Shown: positions 1 to 12,270, counted from the whole stretch's first letter. The stretch is 63,969 nucleotides of DNA, filler included, from Vicugna vicugna (GCA_013265495.1; 79 parts of 77 records of this genome joined end to end with filler, not necessarily neighbours in it); one strand, 5' to 3'. Numbers and translations: made by a program. The notes: generated from the letters alone by a model not told the origin.

Positions 1-238
1 TCAATACTTGCTCTGGAGAGCGTTTTGCCGTCTAGTTGTCTGAAAACTTATCTTTAGGGCTTCATTCTCTTTGGAACTGAAAATGGTACTTCCTTTTCCT
101 TTTACTGTATTTCTTCATCTCTACTGCTCAGGTAATTTCAGGTATCTAATGTAGACTTCTAGGGCTTGGTTAAGTGAAAACTTTAGACTCTTGGCTCTAC
201 ACAATTGCATGGGATTTCTGTGAGGACAAATTTTCCTA
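1..238. repeat. Low-copy duplicated segment, reverse complement of 1928-2166
   Basis: Near-identical (about 95% by eye) inverted match on a different scaffold. Confidence 0.9.
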
Positions 239-1088
239 NNNNNNNNNNNNNNNNNNNNNNNNNNNNNNNNNNNNNNNNNNNNNNNNNNNNNNNNNNNNNN
301 NNNNNNNNNNNNNNNNNNNNNNNNNNNNNNNNNNNNNNNNNNNNNNNNNNNNNNNNNNNNNNNNNNNNNNNNNNNNNNNNNNNNNNNNNNNNNNNNNNNN
401 NNNNNNNNNNNNNNNNNNNNNNNNNNNNNNNNNNNNNNNNNNNNNNNNNNNNNNNNNNNNNNNNNNNNNNNNNNNNNNNNNNNNNNNNNNNNNNNNNNNN
501 NNNNNNNNNNNNNNNNNNNNNNNNNNNNNNNNNNNNNNNNNNNNNNNNNNNNNNNNNNNNNNNNNNNNNNNNNNNNNNNNNNNNNNNNNNNNNNNNNNNN
601 NNNNNNNNNNNNNNNNNNNNNNNNNNNNNNNNNNNNNNNNNNNNNNNNNNNNNNNNNNNNNNNNNNNNNNNNNNNNNNNNNNNNNNNNNNNNNNNNNNNN
701 NNNNNNNNNNNNNNNNNNNNNNNNNNNNNNNNNNNNNNNNNNNNNNNNNNNNNNNNNNNNNNNNNNNNNNNNNNNNNNNNNNNNNNNNNNNNNNNNNNNN
801 NNNNNNNNNNNNNNNNNNNNNNNNNNNNNNNNNNNNNNNNNNNNNNNNNNNNNNNNNNNNNNNNNNNNNNNNNNNNNNNNNNNNNNNNNNNNNNNNNNNN
901 NNNNNNNNNNNNNNNNNNNNNNNNNNNNNNNNNNNNNNNNNNNNNNNNNNNNNNNNNNNNNNNNNNNNNNACTGGGTGTGGGGATATATTGATAATTTCA
1001 ACTGCACGCTCCAGGGTGGTTGCTTGCTCATTGTGGTCCCAGTTCGGTTTGCTATCTTGATAGGACCCACCACATCCCACAACGCACT

Positions 1089-1188
1089 NNNNNNNNNNNN
1101 NNNNNNNNNNNNNNNNNNNNNNNNNNNNNNNNTTAATTAATTAANNNNNNNNNNNNNNNNNNNNNNNNNNNNNNNNNNNNNNNNNNNN
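1089..1188. other. Artificial scaffold-joining spacer N44-TTAATTAATTAA-N44 (first of ~78 copies; last at 63751-63850)
   Basis: Identical 100-bp unit recurs between unrelated sequences; the 12-mer has stops in all six frames. Confidence 0.98.
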
Positions 1189-1660
1189 TATGCGTGTTTC
1201 GGTGGATGAAAGATCAGAAATCCTCATGCTCACTGGTCAGAAACGCATGTTTGCCGAATCCGTCATGCTTGTAGCATGTACGGAACGCTGAATACCATGT
1301 TGATGGAATTCATGTAAGTTAAAAATCTGTTAGGCGGAAATCGTTCCAGAAGTATTTTTCTGTGAAAAATGCACGAATTCGAAACTGGTGTTAGGGAAAA
1401 CTTGTGAAAATGTGTACACGTGTCTAGATGAAAATATTCCTTTTATAGAGGATGAAAGATCAGTAAGAGGATGAAAGATCAGTAATCCACATGATCTCAA
1501 CTGAGGAATGCATGTTTGCCGAATCCGTCATTCATGTAGCATTTACGGTAAACGGAATATCATTTTGATGGAATCTATTCAAATTACATATCTGTAGGGT
1601 AGAATATGCTCCAAGAGAATTTTTCTGGCATCAAAGTGTGATTCTTGAAACTGGTGATAG
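1189..1660 (-). repeat. Satellite B (AT-rich, ~246-bp diverged monomers)
   Basis: Reverse complement of the gagcatgtggattact...ctttcatcc motif; gatgaaagatcag at 1205 and 1451. Confidence 0.9.
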
Positions 1661-2927
1661 NNNNNNNNNNNNNNNNNNNNNNNNNNNNNNNNNNNNNNNN
1701 NNNNTTAATTAATTAANNNNNNNNNNNNNNNNNNNNNNNNNNNNNNNNNNNNNNNNNNNNCCACCAGAGGAAGTGTCCTGTGCTCTTTCAGATTTGTGAG
1801 AAAAGTGTAATCAAAATGATGTTATCCTAATCGAAATAGTATGGTAGGTTCATCACAACAATGGCAACACCAGCAATTGGAGATAGACCAGACAACACAC
1901 ACAGGAACAGGACATGGCATCAATGTCTAGGAAAATTTGTCCTCACAGAAATCCCATGCAATTGTGTAGAGCCAAGAGTCTAATATTTTCACTTAACCAA
2001 GCCCTAGAACTCTACATTAGATACCTGAAATTACCTGACCAGTAGAGATGAAGAAATACAGTAAAAGAAAAAGGAAGTACCATTTTCAGTTCCAAAGAGA
2101 TTGAAGGCCCTAAAGATAAGCTTTCAGACAACTAGACTGCAAAACGCTCTCCAGAGCAAGTATTGAAAATGGAGGTGAGGGAAACACAGAAACACATTGT
2201 CTCAGAATCACAAAGGCAGAATAGCAGAAAAGGGGAAGAGAANNNNNNNNNNNNNNNNNNNNNNNNNNNNNNNNNNNNNNNNNNNNTTAATTAATTAANN
2301 NNNNNNNNNNNNNNNNNNNNNNNNNNNNNNNNNNNNNNNNNNCCTCATGGCTCCTGTGCCCTGGTTGAGACACAGAGGACCAGGGTCAGACCCCTGGCCT
2401 CCAACCTGGGCTCACCTCACTTCTCTCTGTTTATCTGGGGACTTCCGCACTCAAGGCCTCTGCTTTACCAGCTGTTAGGGCTTTGTTCCAAACTAAATTA
2501 TAAAAAGGCCCCCAAATATATTATTAACTACAGAGGTAAGTGGCAAGGATCTCAGCGAGTCATGAGGTCCTGGAGTTCCCTGTCCTCCTTCTGCAGGAAT
2601 CCTAGAAAGGGCATCAGCCTTTGATTTCCAGATGGATTCCCAGTGGAATAAGACAGAGATTCCCTGTCTCCTCAAAAAGGCAGATGATGCTGAGCTAGAA
2701 ATTCACTCCCCATGAGCTGTGAGAGGGGGGAGATGAGATGAAAACAACAGGAAGAAGGATAAGGATGGTGTTGGTGACGAGCATGGTGATGAGGATGACA
2801 TCTGTGCACAGATAAACACAAGTAGAANNNNNNNNNNNNNNNNNNNNNNNNNNNNNNNNNNNNNNNNNNNNTTAATTAATTAANNNNNNNNNNNNNNNNN
2901 NNNNNNNNNNNNNNNNNNNNNNNNNNN

Positions 2928-3005
2928 CATCAGCCAACTTCACTTTATGAACGTCATCCTAATTACAAGGGACCTACCAGAGGACTACCAGTTTATGCAG
3001 GATAA
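2928..3005 (+). CDS. HSFY: HSFY-like C-terminal coding fragment, copy 2 (HQPTSLYERHPNYKGPTRGLPVYAG*), partial, may be a pseudogene
   Basis: Colinear with 55639-55683 and its 3' flank; HQP.S.YE.HPNY matches the artiodactyl HSFY C-terminus as I recall it; AATAAA at 3066-3071. Confidence 0.7.
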   Translation, partial: HQPTSLYERHPNYKGPTRGLPVYAG

Positions 3006-3923
3006 CAAAGGTTAAAATTGATGTTGGCAAATGTCGACAAATATCTGCAATTTTCTTATTTGAACAATAAACATAGATGTGTACCTGTATTAACCTTATT
3101 TTTTTAAATTAGGTTAAGATTAAATGGGAGACTAAATTAACATTTAAGTTAAAAAGAGATATTTGATTGATATGATCATTTGATGAAAAAATATGGGAGT
3201 AAATTTAAATACTTTCTTGTAAGGAGGAAGAGAAAATGGAAGAATTTGGAAAAAGACTAAAACATGGAGAGAGGGAAAAGTACTAAGTGGTTTCTTATTC
3301 ACCCTGGAAAGTATTAAAAGTGTTGTTAGGATAGGCTGGAACAGGAGATAAATGCAGGAACCGGCCCAGGGATCATGGTCTCTATTATGTCATCCCTGGA
3401 ATCATGAAGGTCACATGATGTAGTCTCAGATGGCACATTCAGCATGTGGTAGAATTTAAGAAGTAATTTTATCTATGATCTTCTTTGTGCTGTTTTCAAA
3501 GCATTAAAATTGGTTCTTAGCATTAAAATTGGTTCTTTCATTTCCTGCCCTCAAGAGTCTACATTATATTTTCTAGTCAATACTTTGTGTTTTTTTTATG
3601 TTCCAGCCAAAGACAAGCTTACGTCCTCAGGGTGGCATTTAAAGCCTTTCCAACTCTAAGCACACAAACTCATCTTGGTTTAGTCACTTCTTTTTAAATC
3701 TGGCATCTCACTACCTTGGTATATCTTTATGTTTCACTGTATCTGGAAATATACCCAGGCAAACGATTGTCAAATATTTTAGCTGCAACCTCACCACTTT
3801 TACTCCAGCTCATCCTTGACTTTNNNNNNNNNNNNNNNNNNNNNNNNNNNNNNNNNNNNNNNNNNNNTTAATTAATTAANNNNNNNNNNNNNNNNNNNNN
3901 NNNNNNNNNNNNNNNNNNNNNNN

Positions 3924-4300
3924 GGGGGAAGGGAAATACCTTCTGTGTTACCCAAATTGGGCTGGGGGAAAGAGACACACTTGAGGAAGTCACAGCTCAG
4001 GGCACAGGCTCAATGAAAACTAATCACAGGACTACAGATGCTCCCCTCTGTCCCACCACCCCATCGCCTTATCTCCATGTCAGTAGGGCCTCTGTCTAAT
4101 AACAGGAATAAAACTAAAAGAAGTAAATGTCTCAGGAGTGTCTAGGGAAAACCCAAAGACAGCGGGGAGATGAAAACAAGGACACACAGGTGGCCTTAGC
4201 CTCTCACACCAATAGCTGTAGTAAATTACACACAGCCCAGTCCCAGCAGATAAATAGAAAATCTCACAGAAGAAACTATTTATTTTGGTTCTCTTACATC
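3924..4300 (+). mobile_element. Old LINE-1 (L1M-type) 5' region fragment
   Basis: tctagggaaaacccaaagacagcggggagatgaaaacaaggacac resembles ancient L1M 5' sequence; recognised from memory only. Confidence 0.45.
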
Positions 4301-4594
4301 CCATGTTGCATCCTCGCCTTGTATTTAATGGAAGCAAGTCCATCTCAGAAGGGACATAACTGAACAGGAATGGCTTTCCAGACTCTAAAGGGCAGAGAGA
4401 GCACCAGCCTTGGTGAGAGCACGGTGAGGGGTGGGGTAGGGGCTGGGCAGCCTTCTTCCCCAAATAAGGAAACTTCCTGAGGCCAGCACAGTGGNNNNNN
4501 NNNNNNNNNNNNNNNNNNNNNNNNNNNNNNNNNNNNNNTTAATTAATTAANNNNNNNNNNNNNNNNNNNNNNNNNNNNNNNNNNNNNNNNNNNN

Positions 4595-5680
4595 TTTCCT
4601 AGTGCCGGTTTGAAGTGCCTGCCGTTTTCACTGAAAGCCCGATTTGGAGCTTGTACCACCCGTATATATGTATGGAGTGGAGTTGGCAACTGAAAAGAAA
4701 TTTTGTGTTCCCTTGAAGCTAGGTGAAGGACTGCTTTCACACACAATTTTCTCTGAGAACTGAGCATGTGAAGAGACGTTCGTTCATCCATCACCAAAGA
4801 AACGCCTTGCAGGAGAAACAATTACTCTGGTTTCTCAGTCTGTTTTCTAGTGCCGGTTTGAATTCCTTGCCGTTTTCACTGTAAAACCGGGTTGGAGCTT
4901 GTACCTCCCCATATATATGAATGTATTGGAGTTGGCAACTGAAAAGAAACTTTGTGTTCCCTTCAAGCTAGGTGAAGGACGGCTTTCACACACACTTATC
5001 TCTCAGAANNNNNNNNNNNNNNNNNNNNNNNNNNNNNNNNNNNNNNNNNNNNNNNNNNNNNNNNNNNNNNNNNNNNNNNNNNNNNNNNNNNNNNNNNNNN
5101 NNNNNNNNNNNNNNNNNNNNNNNNNNNNNNNNNNNNNNNNNNNNNNNNNNNNNNNNNNNNNNNNNTCCCCATATATAGGTATGGAGTGTATATGGCAACT
5201 GAAAAGAAACTTTGTGTTCACTTCAAGCTAGGTGAAGGACGGCTTTCACACACACTTATCTCTCAGAACTGAGCATGTGGAGAGACGTTCATTCATCCAG
5301 CCACAAGGGAACGCGTTGAAGGGGAAACACTTCCTCTGGTTTCTCAGTCTGTTTCCTGGTGCCGGTTTGAAGTGACTGCCGTTTTCACTGTAACACCGTG
5401 TTGGGGCTTGTACCTCCCCATATATAGGTATGGAGTGTATATGGCAACTGAAAAGAAACTTTGTGTTCACTTCAAGCTAGGCGAAGGACGGCTTTCACAC
5501 ACACTTATCTCTCAGAACTGAGCATGTGGAGAGACGTTCATTCATCCAGCCACAAGGGAACGCGTTGAAGGGGAAACACTTCCTCTGGTTTCTCAGTCTG
5601 TTTCCTAGAGCCGGTTTGAATTGCCTGCCTTTTTCACTGTAAAAGCGAGTTGGATCTTGTAAATCCCCCTATATATGCGT
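4595..5680 (+). repeat. Satellite A, 249-bp monomer
   Basis: tccccatatataggtatggagtg at 5166 and 5415 (249 bp); adjacent monomers nearly identical. Confidence 0.95.
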
Positions 5681-5780
5681 NNNNNNNNNNNNNNNNNNNN
5701 NNNNNNNNNNNNNNNNNNNNNNNNTTAATTAATTAANNNNNNNNNNNNNNNNNNNNNNNNNNNNNNNNNNNNNNNNNNNN

Positions 5781-6507
5781 ACATGCTCAGTTCTGAGAGT
5801 TAAGTGTGTTTGAAAGCCGTCCTTCGCCAATCTTGAAGGTAACACAAAGTGTCTTTTCAGTTGCAAACTCCACACCATACATATATATGGGGAGGTACAA
5901 GCTCCAATTCGGTTTTACTGTGCAAACCGCAGGAACTTCAAACAGGCACTAGGAAACAGACTGAGAAACCAGAGTAAGTGTTTCTCCTGCAACCCGATCC
6001 CTTTGTGCTGGATGAACGAACGTCTCTCCACATGNNNNNNNNNNNNNNNNNNNNNNNNNNNNNNNNNNNNNNNNNNNNNNNNNNNNNNNNNNNNNNNNNN
6101 NNNNNNNNNNNNNNNNNNNNNNNNNNNNNNNNNNNNNNNNNNNNNNNNNNNNNNNNNNNNNNNNNNNNNNNNNNNNNNNNNNNNNNNNNNNNNNNNNNNN
6201 NNNNNNNNNNNNNNNNNNNNNNNNNNNNNNNNNNNNNNNNNNNNNNNNNNNNNNNNNNNNNNNATGAACGAACGTCTCTCCACATGCTCAGTTCTGAGAG
6301 AAAATTGTGTGTGAAAGCCGTCCTTCGCCTAGCTTCAAGGGAACACAAAGTGCCTTTTCAGTTGCAAACTCCACAACATACATATACATTGGGAGGTACA
6401 AGCTCCAACTCGGTTTTACAGTGCAAACCGCAGGAACTTCAAACCGGCATAAGTAAACAATTAGAGAAACCAGAGTAAGGGTTCCTCCTGCAAACCGTTC
6501 CCTTTGT
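5781..6507 (-). repeat. Satellite A
   Basis: Reverse complement of the 249-bp monomer. Confidence 0.95.
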
Positions 6508-6607
6508 NNNNNNNNNNNNNNNNNNNNNNNNNNNNNNNNNNNNNNNNNNNNTTAATTAATTAANNNNNNNNNNNNNNNNNNNNNNNNNNNNNNNNNNNNN
6601 NNNNNNN

Positions 6608-6665
6608 ATAATTTGACTAAGGTCACATAGCTTTTAAGTGTCAGAATCAGGATTTGAACTGAGAA
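6608..6665. mobile_element. MIR SINE core fragment
   Basis: aatttgactaaggtcacatagct...caggatttgaac matches the MIR core pattern. Confidence 0.6.
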
Positions 6666-6744
6666 CCAAGGTGGTCAGTTTCCTGAAATTACATTCGCTG
6701 TTTTCTTTTTTTGGCAGAGGGTGGGGGGGAGGTGGTCATTTTAA

Positions 6745-7390
6745 AAATTGTTAATTTACATAGTGTAATGCATAGGTCTTAAGTGAACAGGGAGTTTTAA
6801 TAAATGCACACACCTACGTAACCTATACCCCCACCAAGATACACTAGTATCTTAACACCCTAGAAAGCTCTTTGGTTCCCCTTCCCAATTCTGGACAATC
6901 CCTTCCACCAAGGATTGTACTGCTGTTGCCACAGACTAAGCCTTTATGTCCCAGAACCTCACATAAATGGAATTATGCTGTATGTACATTTTTGTGTCTG
7001 TCTTCTTTTTTGCTCAATATAATGATTTTGAAGTTCACGCATGTGCTAATGTATACAGTCATTCCTTTCTATTACTTAGCATTCCATTTATTTAACATAA
7101 TTTATCAATTCTTTCCATTTGGGGGCTATCATGAATTAAAAATTCATACTTATATTATTTTGTAAGTCCTTTCGTAGCTATATGTCTTCATTTCTGTTGG
7201 GTAATACCTGTCGAGTCATAAATGTATGCTTAATTTTATAATAAACTGCTAAATGAATTCCCAAAGCGGCTTTACCGTTTTGCACTCTCCCCAGCAATGT
7301 GTTAGCATTCCAGTTATTTCACTTCCTTGCTGGTATTTGGTGTCGTCAGTCTTTTAGATTTAATTTTAGCCATTCTACAGGGTGTATACT
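6745..7390 (-). mobile_element. Old LINE-1 (L1MC/L1ME-type) 3' fragment
   Basis: ataaatggaattatg...ttgctcaatataatg and ccaaagcggctttaccgttttgcactctccccagcaatgt are typical antisense L1 ORF2 end/3'UTR. Confidence 0.7.
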
Positions 7391-8099
7391 NNNNNNNNNN
7401 NNNNNNNNNNNNNNNNNNNNNNNNNNNNNNNNNNTTAATTAATTAANNNNNNNNNNNNNNNNNNNNNNNNNNNNNNNNNNNNNNNNNNNNAAGACCAGGT
7501 TTAGAATACAGGCTGGTGTAGTTCAGCAGGTCCTCACATGCTGATGCTCTGACAGAGGGCAGGGCCGAGGGGAGAGGGCGTGTCCTGCCCTCCCTGAGCT
7601 GACAGTTTCATGGCAAAGACTTTCACCAGGTGAAGAACTTGGAGTTTCTTCTAGGAAGAGTGGGTCTGAAAAGAGTCCAAAAAACGCGGAAGTGACACAA
7701 TCCCATTTGTCTCAAGTAGGGGAGAGTGGCTGTGGGGCCAATTGGGAGACTCGTGTGTCCAGGTGGGCAGTGTTGGTGGCTTCCCCTTGAGCGGTGAGAT
7801 GGTCAGTGGGTAAAAGCGAACAGATTGAAGGCATGTTTCGATGGTAAAAAGGAAAGGATGAATGNNNNNNNNNNNNNGGATGGAGTAAGGGTTTCTGTGT
7901 AGATTAATGAGGTAAATGATGGTCCTGCTTTGCTATGATTAGGGAAACTGCAGTGGGATTTCTGGGGGAAAACTAATGAGTTCAGCTGTGGGTAAATTTN
8001 NNNNNNNNNNNNNNNNNNNNNNNNNNNNNNNNNNNNNNNNNNNTTAATTAATTAANNNNNNNNNNNNNNNNNNNNNNNNNNNNNNNNNNNNNNNNNNNN

Positions 8100-9045
8100 C
8101 TGGGTTCTAATAGAATCCCTTAGCTTGTAATCCCTGAGAGTTTCTCTAGGACAGACTCTGAGAGAGACTTGGGGGTTGGGCTTTGAGGCCAAATAGAAGC
8201 GAGTGTCCCCGATGAACTGAGGAAGAATTTAGATGAATTCTCCATAAAGGGAAACACCTGAGCACCCATTCATCTGCGTGGAGTGGGGCTTCAAATCTCC
8301 CCACCACACAAGGTTGGGTTCCAGTATCCTGAGGGTGGGGTAGTTCCTCCAACTGACATCAGCNNNNNNNNNNNNNNNNNTTGTCTTCCCTGATGGTTTG
8401 TCTTGGCCAGTGTGTGGTTGAAAGTGGGATTTGGGCTCTAAAACTATGTATTAGCGTGTGCCTCTCCATGGGTAGTGGAGATGTTTAAACTAAAACCCAC
8501 AACTTGGGAATTAATGTGACCCCTGAAAAATGTGTGTGCTATGTTTCCCCACGTGCAGCACACACAGGAAGAAGTGTTTTGGGGTTCTGTGTGTGGGGAG
8601 GTTCCTCCAACAGACAGCAGCACCTGGGTTTTAATAGAATCCCTTAGCTTGACTTCCCTAAGTGTTTTCCTAGGCCTAGCAGTAAGCGATGGTGGGGGAT
8701 GGGCTCTAAAGCCAAGTATTAGCGAGTGCATCTCTGTGGGTAGTGGAGGGTTTTAAAATACTTCCCCAACCTTGGAACACCTGTGCCCCATAAAGATGCG
8801 TGGAATCTGTTTCCCCACCACCAGCACACACACGGAGACGTGCTCAGGTATCCTGATTGTGGGGAGGCTCCTCCAAATGACAGCAGCGCCTGGGTTCTAA
8901 TAGAATCCCTTAGCTTGTCTTCCCTGATGGCATGCTTAGGCTGGAGATTGGGGGAAAGTGTGGGTTGGGCTCTAAACCAAGTTTTATCGAGAGCCTATAA
9001 ATGGGATGTGGGTTTTTAACTTACAACCCACCACCATGGAATAAA
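8100..9045 (+). repeat. Satellite C, ~266-bp diverged monomers
   Basis: ctgggtt(c/t)taatagaatcccttagcttg at 8100, 8624, 8890 (last interval 266 bp). Confidence 0.92.
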
Positions 9046-9145
9046 NNNNNNNNNNNNNNNNNNNNNNNNNNNNNNNNNNNNNNNNNNNNTTAATTAATTA
9101 ANNNNNNNNNNNNNNNNNNNNNNNNNNNNNNNNNNNNNNNNNNNN

Positions 9146-10952
9146 GTACCTATGTTCTTTGATATATTTACTTTGACTTCATAGTTTCTCACTCTCACCA
9201 GTTTCAAGAATCACACTGATTCAAGAAAAACCCTCTTCGAGCGAATTCTACCCTAGAGATATATAATTTGAATAGATTTCATACATGATATTCCATGTTA
9301 TGTACATGCTACATGCATGACGGATTTGACAAACATGCATTCATGAGTCGAGAGCATGTGGATTACTGATCTTTCATCCTCTATAAAAGGAAAATATTAA
9401 TCTAGACACGTGTACACATTTTCACAAGCTTCCCCTAACACCAGTTTCGAGTTTGTGCATTTTTCACAGAAAAATAATTCTGGAGCGATTTCCACCTAAT
9501 ATTTGTAATTTGAATTCCATCAACTTGGTATTCTGGGTTCCGTATATTTTACATGCATGACGTATTCGACAAACNNNNNNNNNNNNNNNNNNNNNNNNNN
9601 NNNNNNNNNNNNNNNNNNTTAATTAATTAANNNNNNNNNNNNNNNNNNNNNNNNNNNNNNNNNNNNNNNNNNNNTGAGAGCATGTGGATTACTAATCTTT
9701 CATCCTATGTAAAAGGAATGTTTTCATCTAGACACGTGTACACGATTTCACAAGCTTTCCTAACACCAAGTTCGAATTCATGCATTTTTCGCAGAAAAAT
9801 TGTTCTCGAGCAATTTCCACCTAACAGATGTGTAATTTACATGAATTCCAACAACATGGCATTCCGAGTTCCGAACAAGCTACATGTATGATNNNNNNNN
9901 NNNNNNNNNNNNNNNNNNNNNNNNNNNNNNNNNNNNNNNNNNNNNNNNNNNNNNNNNNNNNNNNNNNNNNNNNNNNNNNNNNNNNNNNNNNNNNNNNNNN
10001 NNNNNNNNNNNNNNNNNNNNNNNNNNNNNNNNNNNNNNNNNNNNNNNNNNNNNNNNNNNNNNNNNNNNNNNNNNNNNNNNNNNNNNNNNNNNNNNNNNNN
10101 NNNNNNNNNNNNNNNNNNNNNNNNNNNNNNNNNNNNNNNNNNNNNNNNNNNNNNNNNNNNNNNNNNNNNNNNNNNNNNNNNNNNNNNNNNNNNNNNNNNN
10201 NNNNNNNNNNNNNNNNNNNNNNNNNNNNNNNNNNNNNNNNNNNNNNNNNNNNNNNNNNNNNNNNNNNNNNNNNNNNNNNNNNNNNNNNNNNCCTATCACC
10301 AAAGAATCACACTTTGATATTAGAAAACCCTCTTGGGGCGAATTCTAACATAGAGATATGTAATTTGANNNNNNNNNNNNNNNNNNNNNNNNNNNNNNNN
10401 NNNNNNNNNNNNTTAATTAATTAANNNNNNNNNNNNNNNNNNNNNNNNNNNNNNNNNNNNNNNNNNNNCGGGTTCCGTACATGCTACATACATAACGGAT
10501 TCGGCCAACATGCATTTCTGAGTTCTGAGCACGTGGATTACTGACATTTCATCCACCAAAAAAGGCATATATACACTTAGAAATATTTACTCTGACTTCA
10601 TAGGTTTTTTCTATCACCAGGTTCTAAAATCGGACATTTGGCACCAGAAAACACTCTTNNNNNNNNNNNNNNNNNNNNNNNNNNNNNNNNNNNNNNNNNN
10701 NNNNNNNNNNNNNNNNNNNNNNNNNNNNNNNNCGAACATGTTTCATGCAACACGGATTCCTCAAACATGAATTTCTGAGTTGTGCACATGCGCATGACAG
10801 ATGTTTCAAACATAGCAGGGTACATATGCACTTAGAAATATTTACTATGACTTCATTGCTTCTCCCTGTCATGAGTTTCAAGAATCAGACTTTGACCCCT
10901 GAAAAACATTCTTGGAGCGAAATCTACCGTAGATATATTTAATTTGAATAGA
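9146..10952 (+). repeat. Satellite B (three scaffolds: 9146-9574, 9675-10368, 10469-10952)
   Basis: Shared gagcatgtggattact, ctagacacgtgtacac and ttccgtacatgctaca motifs. Confidence 0.9.
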
Positions 10953-11076
10953 NNNNNNNNNNNNNNNNNNNNNNNNNNNNNNNNNNNNNNNNNNNNTTAA
11001 TTAATTAANNNNNNNNNNNNNNNNNNNNNNNNNNNNNNNNNNNNNNNNNNNNATGTTTTATGGCTTTGTCCAACAG

Positions 11077-11137
11077 ACTACAGACAATCTGTTGGACAAA
11101 CCCCTTTGAGCAGATCAGCACAAGAGTACTGGGAGTG
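11077..11137 (+). other. Candidate 61-nt internal exon of an unidentified gene
   Basis: tttgtccaacag| acceptor and G|gtaagc donor; two frames open (DYRQSVGQTPLSRSAQEYWE or LQTICWTNPFEQISTRVLGV). Confidence 0.4.
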
Positions 11138-11993
11138 GTAAGCGCGGACTCTAGTTACAGCTGCAGCCACCCAGCACTATGGGGCGGGGGCAGTTTGCAC
11201 AAACTCTTACATGTTTCTTGAGCATTTAGTTGTCATTAATGATTAAAGACAGGTGTTCTTTCGTCAAAGCTCCTGAAATATAAATCTTCAAAGAAGATTG
11301 ATGCAAATTAGATTTCAAGTACAACACTCTCACTAGAAATTATTTTAAAATTATAGTCTTAGCTCCTCTACACATCAAAAGGGCATGATCTTAATCTATC
11401 TGATTACACCAAAAATGTTGTTTAAAAGAAATTAAGATGAAGCCATCCTAAATAAGCTCTNNNNNNNNNNNNNNNNNNNNNNNNNNNNNNNNNNNNNNNN
11501 NNNNTTAATTAATTAANNNNNNNNNNNNNNNNNNNNNNNNNNNNNNNNNNNNNNNNNNNNTGTGGATCTCCTTGCTGGAGAGGGAGCTTCCCAGGGTGAG
11601 GGCACATTTCTTTCTATGCTGCTCTCTTTCTGTGGAGAATATCATGCACCAATTTCCTTTTTCTTTCTACTTTTTTCCTCTACCTGGTTTTGTGGGGCTT
11701 TCCTTGTATTTCAAATGTAAGAGAAATTATGTCAAATTTCAGGAGTTATTTTGTGTGAATTGTTCTGTATTTGTATATAATTTTTGGTGTGTTCATGGGA
11801 CAGGGTGGGCCATGTGTCCTTCTACTCTAGCCATGTGTCCTTCTACTCTGTCATCTTGTCAATCCCTTTTCTGGTTTCTAATTGCCATACAGTTTCTTAA
11901 CAAATAACACCAACTGTAAGTGCATAGCAGTTATATGACTGTCCTCTGCTGTGCTTCCCAAAAGAGTCATAAAGAATGTGAATAGATCTACAC

Positions 11994-12270
11994 TTAAAAG
12001 TGCAAGTTTTCAATCTTTGATCTCAATTTTTCAAAGGCATTCCTTGCAGTTGCAGTCAGTGCTTGGCTGTGTGGCTGAAATGCATGAATTCTGTCAATGA
12101 GTTTATTGATGTTGAACAGCAGGAACTTGTAAATACAGACAGTTGAAATTGTCAGTTTACTGATAAACCCTTGCACGGGTAAGCAGTTGAAAGTCTCCTG
12201 CAGTCAGCCTTGCAGAGCAATCTCTGGTAAAATGGTAGAATTTCTTAACTTTTTCTCCCAGTTTTCTGCC
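11994..12270 (-). pseudogene. Candidate terminal coding exon of an unidentified gene with one internal TGA
   Basis: ttgacttctttag| acceptor, then AENWEKKLRNSTILPEIALQG*LQETFNCLPVQGFISKL...FEKLRSKIENLHF*; single stop at 12204-12206. Confidence 0.4.

Noticed and set aside
4595..6507. Satellite strand switches as inversion junctions
   Set aside because: They occur across artificial linkers; scaffold orientation is arbitrary.
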